A DNA stretch of 39,798 bases, taken from assembly GCA_036505095.1 (NCBI GenBank), contig DASXUA010000009.1:1-39798 (forward strand), given 5' to 3'. Positions 25,923 to 33,459 of the stretch are shown here, piece after piece; the stretch's first letter is position 1; every line of letters begins with the position of its first letter. A program made the translations under genes and the position numbers. Source of the stretch: Phycisphaerae bacterium (GTDB taxonomy: Bacteria > Planctomycetota > Phycisphaerae > UBA1845). The notes under the pieces were generated by a model. The model worked only from the letters and a program-made list of their open reading frames with translations. It ran no database searches and was not told the origin of the DNA.

Positions 25923-27611
25923 TCAGCCGCCCAGCAGGGCCTTGCGCGTCGGGTCCGGTTTACCGACCAACGACCAGGCGTGCTTGCCCAACACCACAGA
26001 AACCAGATCGCCGCCGCGTGCGTTGACCAGGCGGGTAATCAGCAGCAGCACGGCCAAGCCCGCCCCGGTCAGGAAGCCGCCCAGGTGCGCCCAGTGCGCG
26101 ACCTCATCATGGATTCCGAAGGCCGTGTAGAACACGTCGAACGCGATGTAGAACAGCACTACCCAGAACCCGCGCACCGCCCAGATCTTCAGCGAAAGGT
26201 GAAAGCCAGCCATCAGTCCCCATCGAAGCCAGGCCGCCATGTGAATCTTGTGCACAGGGAATAATACCAGGTACATGCCAGCTAGTCCCATGATGGCGCC
26301 TGAGGCGCCGATCATTGCGCCGGGCGGCAGTTGCGCGGATGCGATGCGATGGGCGATTCCACCGGCGATCGCCAAAAGCGGGTAAACAATTGCGGCGCCG
26401 ACGTTGCCGATCAGCGCGTTGACGCGCGAGCCCAGCACCAGCAGGAATAACAGGTTGCCGATCAAGTGGATCGGATCGGCATGCAGGAACGCGTGGGTGA
26501 TGAGCTGCGAAGGCAGATACGTACCGAAGCACTGTTTCTCCCGCGGCAATGCGCGATGTGCTGCCAGCGTCAACTCCTGATCCGGCACGCTGCCTTCCAA
26601 GTCGTGGTACTTTTCATCGAAGGCCGCCGAGTCGCCATAGGAGGTCTGTTCGTACATTGCGTAGACTTGTTCGGGCGATGGCTCGCCCTCTCCGCACCAC
26701 AGCGCCAGATTCTTGAGCGATTGCATGCGGGGTGAATCGCTCCATTCATAAGCCCAATACCAGACGCTGATGAAGATGGTTAAAGCAGCCAGAGCGCGAA
26801 TCGCATAGGGTTTGCAGGTTCCGAAGGCCTCGGAGACAACCGGATAGATGCCCGCCCATGCCACCCAACTGATCAGACGAATGACGTTCTCGGCCGTTAT
26901 GTAGACCTGGTCAACATCGGCGTCGTGCGCCGTAAGGACCGTGCGGCCGGTCTTGACGTTGATTCCGCATCGGACACAGATCTTGACGCCGGGTCGCTGG
27001 CGCTCGCCGCAGCCCGGACAGATTGGACCCTCGCTTTCGATCGGCGCGAGTCGAGCGGGCGCAGCGGCCGGTACCGACGGCCAAGCATCTTCGTCTGCAA
27101 TCTTGTAGATGGCATCGTCGTCAGACTCGCTGGAATCCGATCCCAGCCGTGTCATTCCCGTTGAGGCGGCGCTCCGCTTTGGCATGTGAAAGCGCAGCTC
27201 AAATTCCCCAATCCGCACCACGTCGCCATCTGCCAGATCGTGCGTCTCGACGCGCTGGCGGTTGACGAACAAGCCATTGCGGCTCTTTTGATCTTCCAGT
27301 CGCCAGCCGGACGGCGTGCGGTGCATTTGGCAGTGGGCCCGCGAAACCAAGTCGCCGTTCAGGACGATGTCGTTCGTGGCCAGTTTGCCAATAGCGATCG
27401 GCTGCCCGCCACCGAGCGAGAACTGCTCACCGACGCCACTCGGTCCGCTTTGGATGACGAAGGTGTCGGCAAAATCGTCGACCAGCAGGTCCCAATCGCG
27501 CGCCACGACGCGCAGTACGGCTTTGCACGCCGGACAGGCTGCCCGCCGGCCGACGTGGACCACCGGCAACGTGATTCGCTTTCCGCACCGGCACGGTACC
27601 TTGAGCGTCAT
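25923..27611 (-). CDS. Zinc-ribbon / FHA domain / zinc-ribbon / rhomboid intramembrane serine protease fusion
   Basis: CRCGK...CPACKA ribbon. FHA core (IAIGKLATNDIVLNGDLVSRAHCQM...SRNGLFVNRQRV). CPGCGE...CVRCG ribbon. Rhomboid motifs HLIGNLLFLLVLG, GASGAIMGLAG (catalytic Ser) and AHLGGFLTG (catalytic His). The start was taken at Met-30 of ORF 25923..27698. Confidence 0.8.
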   Translation of the reverse strand: MTLKVPCRCGKRITLPVVHVGRRAACPACKAVLRVVARDWDLLVDDFADTFVIQSGPSGVGEQFSLGGGQPIAIGKLATNDIVLNGDLVSRAHCQMHRTPSGWRLEDQKSRNGLFVNRQRVETHDLADGDVVRIGEFELRFHMPKRSAASTGMTRLGSDSSESDDDAIYKIADEDAWPSVPAAAPARLAPIESEGPICPGCGERQRPGVKICVRCGINVKTGRTVLTAHDADVDQVYITAENVIRLISWVAWAGIYPVVSEAFGTCKPYAIRALAALTIFISVWYWAYEWSDSPRMQSLKNLALWCGEGEPSPEQVYAMYEQTSYGDSAAFDEKYHDLEGSVPDQELTLAAHRALPREKQCFGTYLPSQLITHAFLHADPIHLIGNLLFLLVLGSRVNALIGNVGAAIVYPLLAIAGGIAHRIASAQLPPGAMIGASGAIMGLAGMYLVLFPVHKIHMAAWLRWGLMAGFHLSLKIWAVRGFWVVLFYIAFDVFYTAFGIHDEVAHWAHLGGFLTGAGLAVLLLITRLVNARGGDLVSVVLGKHAWSLVGKPDPTRKALLGG

Positions 27612-27746
27612 AGATTCGTCTTTCCCGCTCTTGACGGCGCACGTGAAAAATAGAGCCGGCCGGCCATAATAATGGGTCGGCCCGCCTACCGACAACATCG
27701 ATCGGGGTTGAAGCGGGAAGACGGCCGGCTGCGAGGTTCGCCAGCC

Positions 27747-28202
27747 ATGAAGACCGGGGTACTTATATCGCTAGCGTTCGTCGCACTATCAATGGGCGGG
27801 TGCCGCAGACAGACGGTCCGGAAGACTGAGGCGGAGTGGCGGGCGGCTTTAGCGCCGGAGCAATTCCACGTGCTGCGGGAGAAGGGCACCGAGCCCGCCT
27901 TCACCGGTGAGTACTACGCCACGCACGACCGCGGTATCTACCTCTGTGCGGGGTGTGGCAACGAATTGTTCTCTTCTGAGAACAAGTTCGACTCCGGCAC
28001 TGGCTGGCCCAGTTTCTGGCAGCCCGTTGCGAGGCGGAATATCGACACCGAGATGGATACCGGCTTCAACATGCGCCGCACCGCCGTGAACTGCGCGCGC
28101 TGCGGCGGGCATCTGGGGCACGTATTCGACGACGGCCCGCAGCCGACCGGGCTGCGCTATTGCATCAACTCCGCCGCCCTGACGCTCAAGAAAAGCGAAT
28201 GA
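27747..28202 (+). CDS. msrB: Peptide-methionine (R)-S-oxide reductase MsrB, lipoprotein-type signal
   Basis: Zn-binding CAGCG and CARCG motifs, GWPSF, and the catalytic RYCINS motif. N-terminal MKTGVLISLAFVALSMGGC lipobox. Confidence 0.9.
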   Translation: MKTGVLISLAFVALSMGGCRRQTVRKTEAEWRAALAPEQFHVLREKGTEPAFTGEYYATHDRGIYLCAGCGNELFSSENKFDSGTGWPSFWQPVARRNIDTEMDTGFNMRRTAVNCARCGGHLGHVFDDGPQPTGLRYCINSAALTLKKSE

Positions 28203-28204
28203 CC

Positions 28205-29446
28205 TCAGCGGGCGCGCTGCGCGGCGGGCTCCGGCGCGGGTGGTACATACGGCACCGCCAATGGCGAGCGGGCCGGCAGGTAATAGCGAACAATAACGAG
28301 ATAAACTACGCCCAGCGCGATCATCGCAAAGCTGACAAACTGCGATACCGTCATCCCGCCGCTGTCGAGGGGGTTATCGATGCGGATGGACTCCTCGACG
28401 ATGCGCGCCATGCCGTAAAGCACGAACAGCCAACCGATGACGACGCCATGATGCTTGCGGCGATAGAAAATGCTGCTGAGCACCAGCGAGATCAGAATGC
28501 CGTCGATTGCGGCGTAGAGCTGCGTCGGATGCACCGGCAACGAGCGGAAACTGGCGGCAAGCTGCCGCAGCTCGCCATAACTCATGCGTTCTCCCGCCGC
28601 AGCGCGCGAGGGATAGTCCAGAGCGCCGGGCAGCCCGTCGGGCGATCCGAGAAGGTCGGCGTATTCAGCTTTGTGCTTGGCCAGCTCCGCTACCTTCTTC
28701 TGCACCTGATCGTGCAACCGGCGCGCTTCTTCTCCCTGCGGGTCGGCGGCTTTGGCTTTTTCAAGCTGGCTGAGCAGTTCCCTTCTCTCCGACTCCAGCC
28801 GGACCTTGGGCTCGACGACTTTCTTTTCCGGCAGGTCGAGACGCTCGGAACCAAGCGGAACGGCCATGCTCGGCAGGGCCTGCAGCAACTCGGCCGGAAT
28901 GCCGAGCTGCCGGTCCTCCCATTGCTGGATAACGGCGTTGCTCCCGAACGGGAAGCGGACCGCCCACGGCACCGCCGCCTCGTGATGACCGTTCACGCAC
29001 ACTGCTCCCCAGCAGCAACCATTCAGAAAGCAACCAATGCGCGTGATGCCCAGGCCCCACATACCGGCCGGCGCAGCAATGTCCAGATAGAGCCGCCACG
29101 ACTTGCGTTTGATCAGGAGATAAGCGAGCACACACACCGCGCCCAGCAGCAAACCACCATAGGCTTCCATCCCGCCCGCGGTGATGTTGATCGCCGCCAG
29201 CAGCGGGCTCGGTTGCGGAGCGAATTGCGATTTCCAGTAGTGGACGACATAAAAAATGCGGGCCCCCAGCACGCCGGCAATCAGCGCCACGAACCCGCAG
29301 TTCAGCACCATGTCAGGATCGGCCTTGACGCGCTCGGCCCGCCGCATGGCGAACCACACGCCGCTCAGAAAGCCGATCATCAGCATGAAGCCGTAACTCT
29401 TGACGGGGAAATTCAGGATGGGAATCGTGAACAACTCAGGACGCAT
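28205..29446 (-). CDS. lgt: Phosphatidylglycerol-prolipoprotein diacylglyceryl transferase
   Basis: The N-terminus (FPVKSYGFMLMIGFLSG...GARIFYVVHYW), GGMEAYGGLL and HPTQLYAAI match Lgt signatures. A roughly 130-aa insertion sits between the conserved blocks. Confidence 0.85.
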   Translation of the reverse strand: MRPELFTIPILNFPVKSYGFMLMIGFLSGVWFAMRRAERVKADPDMVLNCGFVALIAGVLGARIFYVVHYWKSQFAPQPSPLLAAINITAGGMEAYGGLLLGAVCVLAYLLIKRKSWRLYLDIAAPAGMWGLGITRIGCFLNGCCWGAVCVNGHHEAAVPWAVRFPFGSNAVIQQWEDRQLGIPAELLQALPSMAVPLGSERLDLPEKKVVEPKVRLESERRELLSQLEKAKAADPQGEEARRLHDQVQKKVAELAKHKAEYADLLGSPDGLPGALDYPSRAAAGERMSYGELRQLAASFRSLPVHPTQLYAAIDGILISLVLSSIFYRRKHHGVVIGWLFVLYGMARIVEESIRIDNPLDSGGMTVSQFVSFAMIALGVVYLVIVRYYLPARSPLAVPYVPPAPEPAAQRAR

Positions 29447-29533
29447 GGTAACTCCTGGTGAGTGGTCGCGGAGTGAGGGGTGAGTGGTACCCAGTCTTCA
29501 CCCGTCGCCGGCTGCCACTCACCGCTTACCACT

Positions 29534-30394
29534 TTACCTCTGAACCGCCGGCAAGTCCAACGGCAGGTTATCGATCAGCCGGGTTCGGCCGATGCGCACG
29601 GCCAGACAGATGCGCGCCGGGCGGTCAAGGACGGCGATATCGGTCAGGTCATTCGGATCGACGATGCTGATGTAGTCGATGGTCGCCGGTCCGGCCGCAA
29701 GGATCTGGCGGCGCATCTGCTCGATCAGCGAGGCCGCGTGGCGGGTGCCCGCGTACGCAGCGCGCTGTGCCGTCGTCATGGCGGCGTAGAGCGAAGACGC
29801 CTGAACGCGTTCATCCGGTGAGAGATACGCGTTGCGGCTCGACATGGCCAGCCCATCGGGCTCGCGTACCGTCGGGCAGGCCACGATCTCGACCGGCAGG
29901 TTCAAGTCGCGCACCATCTGCTGGACGATGACAAGCTGCTGGAAATCCTTCTCGCCGAAGAACGCCAGGTCGGGCTCGACGATCCCGAACAGCTTCGCCA
30001 CGACAGTGGTGACACCATCAAAATGGCCCGGCCGAAATGGGCCGCACAGCCGCTCGGTCAATCCGGCGACATGCACCGTGGTGCGTGCTCCGGGCGGATA
30101 CAGCTCGGCCGTTTCCGGCGTAAACACCGCGTCCACGCGTTCCTCCCGGCAAGCCGCCAGATCGGCCTCCAATGTCCGCGGATACTTCGCGAAGTCTTCG
30201 TTCGGCCCGAACTGCATCGGGTTCACGAAGATGCTGACAAACACCAGGTCGCACCGGCCGCGCGCGGCACTCATCAGCGCGCGATGTCCCGCGTGTAGCG
30301 CGCCCATCGTCGGCACGAAGCCGATCGATCGCCCTGTGCGCCGCGCGGCGCGTGAAGCGCCGCGAACTTGTTCGACGCGTTGCAGCGTCAGCAT
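29534..30394 (-). CDS. panC: Pantoate-beta-alanine ligase
   Basis: IGFVPTMGALHAGHRALM (HxGH motif), VSIFVNPMQF and GEKDFQQL. Confidence 0.9.
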   Translation of the reverse strand: MLTLQRVEQVRGASRAARRTGRSIGFVPTMGALHAGHRALMSAARGRCDLVFVSIFVNPMQFGPNEDFAKYPRTLEADLAACREERVDAVFTPETAELYPPGARTTVHVAGLTERLCGPFRPGHFDGVTTVVAKLFGIVEPDLAFFGEKDFQQLVIVQQMVRDLNLPVEIVACPTVREPDGLAMSSRNAYLSPDERVQASSLYAAMTTAQRAAYAGTRHAASLIEQMRRQILAAGPATIDYISIVDPNDLTDIAVLDRPARICLAVRIGRTRLIDNLPLDLPAVQR

Positions 30395-30471
30395 GACATA
30401 ACTCTATCCACGGCAGACCGCATTCACTATCGGGCCTGTTCTCGGCTCAGGGCGTCATAGACCTTCGCTCG

Positions 30472-30499
30472 TTGTCGAGTGCGAGACAGCGCGTATAAT
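30472..30499 (+). promoter_or_regulatory. Candidate promoter for the two-gene cassette
   Basis: TTGTCG (30472-77), a 16-nt spacer, then consensus TATAAT (30494-99). Confidence 0.4.
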
Positions 30500-30536
30500 C
30501 CTTGCGGATGGGTGTGTTCTCAAGAGTCTTGACATC

Positions 30537-30926
30537 ATGAGTCAGCCTGTAACGGATTCGGCCAATCCAGCCGCGTGGGCGCCCGCAACGGTGCAGTCGC
30601 TCGGGCGGGTTCTTGAGCTACCCCCAGGCTGGGACAGTTACGGCGCCCCGGCGATTCAACCCGCGTTTGCAGCGCGAGCGCTAGATTTGATGGTCGCCGT
30701 GTTGCCGGACGATGCTCCCGCTCCCGCCGTCGTCCCGACAAGTCGCGGTGGACTTCAACTGGAATGGCACACGCGCGGCATTGATCTGGAGATCGAATTC
30801 GAGACGCCGCACCGCCTGCGCGGTTACTTCCATGATCATCAAACCCACACGAGTTGGGAAAAGGACTTGTCTGCTGACCATAGCGCGCTACTTGAGGCCA
30901 TTGCCATCCTGTCGCAGCGTTCGTGA
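30537..30926 (+). CDS. Hypothetical protein (129 aa)
   Basis: ORF with the local codon bias. Contains PPGWDSYGAPAI and GGLQLEWH...DLEIEF segments. No recognised catalytic motif and no obvious Shine-Dalgarno sequence. Confidence 0.5.
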   Translation: MSQPVTDSANPAAWAPATVQSLGRVLELPPGWDSYGAPAIQPAFAARALDLMVAVLPDDAPAPAVVPTSRGGLQLEWHTRGIDLEIEFETPHRLRGYFHDHQTHTSWEKDLSADHSALLEAIAILSQRS

Positions 30927-30946
30927 CAGGCAAGGAGAATTGGCGC

Positions 30947-31342
30947 GTGGCTGGGCCGCTTTACCCGGACGATCCGACCATCGCGGATAATGCGGCCCTA
31001 TGGCGGCGCATTCATCCCAACTGGATGGTGCGCGACGACAATGAGCGCGGCTGGCGGATCAGTTCGGCGGCCTTCACCGATAGCCGTGACGGCTCTCCGC
31101 TCTCGGTGCTTCTCGCCGCGATTATCGCTCAAACCGGTCGCACAGCGGAAGGCGTGCTCGCGTCTTTCCCCGGATATGCGCTGGCAGCGATTAGCGCGGG
31201 CTTGGCGCGCGCCCAACGCCAGACCGTAGCGCGCACTCCGCTGCCGGAAGAACCTGCGCATACGTCGATCAGCGGCGATAAGACCCCGGCGGTCAGGCGC
31301 GCGCTCGCGCAGGGCGCAAACTGGGTGCATTTTCCGACCTAG
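30947..31342 (+). CDS. Hypothetical protein (131 aa; alternative GTG start at 30923 overlaps the upstream stop as GTGA)
   Basis: AAGGAG lies 9 nt before the GTG at 30947. Contains LWRRIHPNWMV...WRISSAAF and EEPAHTSISGDKT segments. No family was recognised. Confidence 0.5.
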   Translation: MAGPLYPDDPTIADNAALWRRIHPNWMVRDDNERGWRISSAAFTDSRDGSPLSVLLAAIIAQTGRTAEGVLASFPGYALAAISAGLARAQRQTVARTPLPEEPAHTSISGDKTPAVRRALAQGANWVHFPT

Positions 31343-31368
31343 CGACAACCGCAGTAGAATGCCTGGGC

Positions 31369-33324
31369 ATGGAGGGCCGCGAAGTGGATCAGACCGTGCG
31401 TGCACCATCTCTGGATCGCGGGCTGGCGTGGCTCAATACCGATCGGCCGCTGCGGCTCGAGCACGAGCTGCGCGGGCAGATTGTCGTGCTCGATTTCTGG
31501 ACCTACTGCTGCGTCAACTGCATGCACATCCTGCCGGATTTGGCTTGGCTGGAGCACGAGTATGCCCACGAGCCGGTCGTCTTCATCGGCGTGCATAGTG
31601 CGAAATTCACCAACGAGGCGCAGACCGGCACCATTCGTCAGGCGATCCTGCGGTATGAAATCAAGCATCCGGTGGTCGTCGATGAGCAGATGGCGCTCTG
31701 GAATCTGTACACCGTACGGAGCTGGCCGACGGTCGTCGTGATCGATCCCGAAGGAAACATCGCGGGCACCGTGGCGGGCGAAGGCCACCGCGCCGTCCTG
31801 GACCGCACGATCGCGCAGCTTCTGGAGGTGCACCAAGCCAAAGGAACTCTGGCACGCGCGCCGCTCGAGCTGCGCAGGGAAGGCCAGGTGCCTTCCGCGT
31901 CGGGGCTGGCGTTTCCCGGAAAGGTGTGCGCCGACGGCGCGGGCGGACGATTGTTCATCGCCGATTCCAATCACAACCGCATCGTGATTGCGAGCCTGCC
32001 CGACCAGCAGGGTCGCTGCCGCCTCCTTCAGACGATCGGAAGCGGCGCGGTCGGGCGCGACGACGGTCCGGCGGCGCAGGCAACTTTCAATCATCCGCAG
32101 GGGCTCGCACTGCATCGTGATTCGACGCTCTACGTCTGCGATACGGAGAATCATCTGATCCGAGCGATTGACCTGGCGAGCGGGAATATCAAAACGGTTC
32201 TGGGCACCGGCGAAATGGTCTACGACCACGCCGGCGGAAAAAGGGGCGCGCAGCAGGGAATCAACTCGCCTTGGGATGTGTGCATTGAGGGCAGCACGCT
32301 CTACGTGGCGATGGCCGGCGAGCATCAAATTTGGCGCGTCGATATGCCGGTCGGCTTCGCCCGCGCTCTGGCCGGCAGCGGCCGCGAGAACATTGTGGAC
32401 GGCCCCACCGAGACGGCCGCGTTGTCGCAACCATCGGGCATCTGCGTCCTGAACGGCACGATTTACTTTGCCGACAGCGAGGTCAGCGCGATCCGCGGCA
32501 TCGATCTGGCCGCTGAGCGGGTCTTCACGCTCATCGGTGAAGGCTTGTTCAGCTTCGGCGACGGGGACGGCCAGCCGCCTAACGCCAAGCTCCAGCATCC
32601 GCTCGGCGTGGCACCCTGGCGTAACACGTTGCTGGTGGCCGATACGTACAATCACAAGCTCAAGCAGCTCGACCCGGCCACGCGTGAGCTGAAAACTTTG
32701 TTCGGCACGGGCCGCTCCGGAACCCAGACTGACGACGGCAAGCTGATGCTCAACGAGCCCGGCGGGTTGGTCGTGATCGACGACGTCGCCTTGGTCGCTG
32801 ACACCAACAATCACCGCATCATCCGCATCGATCTGGCGCGCGGCGCGTGGTGCGAAGTCGTGATCGAGGGCTTGGCGGCGAATCGCCGAGCGCAGATTTC
32901 CGATTTCAAGTCTCAGATCTCAGATTCGAGATATCAGGATGCCGATGCCGACGTGATCCGTCTGAAACCGATCGATGTGCCGCGCCGCGGCGAATTGAAG
33001 CTGGTATTCGAGCTGAAGCTGCCGACCGGCACGCACCTGAACGCCGAAGCGCCCTGTCACGTGCGAATCAGCCAGCCCGAGATTCGCCGCACGATCTTGG
33101 CGCAAGCGCGGCAGACGGATCGATTACCGCTGGAGATTCGCGTGCCGCTGGGCGAAGCGGATCACGAGGGCCCGTGGCGCGTGACGCTGGGTCTGACGTA
33201 CTGCACGGATACGGGTACCGCCTTGTGCATCCCGGCCGAAGTCGCCTGGGGAATCCCGGTGCGTCCCAGTGACACGCCCGTTCTGACGATGAACCTGAGC
33301 GCCGAGCTCCGCCCCCACGTTTAG
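31369..33324 (+). CDS. Thioredoxin-like (redoxin) domain plus NHL-repeat beta-propeller protein (NHLRC2/YbbN-like architecture)
   Basis: VVLDFWTYCCVNCMH (CxxC redoxin motif). Six NHL-type repeats (FNHPQGLAL..., INSPWDV..., LSQPSGICV..., LQHPLGVAP..., LNEPGGLVV...ADTNNHRI). A C-terminal beta-rich domain. Confidence 0.8.
   Translation: MEGREVDQTVRAPSLDRGLAWLNTDRPLRLEHELRGQIVVLDFWTYCCVNCMHILPDLAWLEHEYAHEPVVFIGVHSAKFTNEAQTGTIRQAILRYEIKHPVVVDEQMALWNLYTVRSWPTVVVIDPEGNIAGTVAGEGHRAVLDRTIAQLLEVHQAKGTLARAPLELRREGQVPSASGLAFPGKVCADGAGGRLFIADSNHNRIVIASLPDQQGRCRLLQTIGSGAVGRDDGPAAQATFNHPQGLALHRDSTLYVCDTENHLIRAIDLASGNIKTVLGTGEMVYDHAGGKRGAQQGINSPWDVCIEGSTLYVAMAGEHQIWRVDMPVGFARALAGSGRENIVDGPTETAALSQPSGICVLNGTIYFADSEVSAIRGIDLAAERVFTLIGEGLFSFGDGDGQPPNAKLQHPLGVAPWRNTLLVADTYNHKLKQLDPATRELKTLFGTGRSGTQTDDGKLMLNEPGGLVVIDDVALVADTNNHRIIRIDLARGAWCEVVIEGLAANRRAQISDFKSQISDSRYQDADADVIRLKPIDVPRRGELKLVFELKLPTGTHLNAEAPCHVRISQPEIRRTILAQARQTDRLPLEIRVPLGEADHEGPWRVTLGLTYCTDTGTALCIPAEVAWGIPVRPSDTPVLTMNLSAELRPHV
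32893..32937. repeat. Short tandem cagat/tcaga-type repeat embedded in-frame in the NHL protein (AQISDFKSQISDSRYQ)
   Basis: cagatttccgatttcaagtctcagatctcagattcgagatatcag is locally AT-rich and self-similar. It lies in the linker between the propeller and the C-terminal domain. Confidence 0.5.
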
Positions 33325-33346
33325 CCGCCACGCCGTAGGCGTGCGC
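33318..33346. repeat. Small hairpin repeat (acgtttagccgc-N-hairpin-gcg family), copy 1
   Basis: acgtttagccgccacgccgtaggcgtgcg. The stem is acgcc/ggcgt. The element overlaps the TAG stop codon of the NHL gene. See copy 2 at 39745. Confidence 0.6.
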
Positions 33347-33459
33347 TGGGGCCGCTGTCGAGCTACGCACCAAGCTGGTTGGCACGCTGGGCGATCAGCA
33401 GCCGGCGCAGCGCGGCCCTGCGGGCCTGCGGCTAAACGTGACCACTCACCATCTATCAA

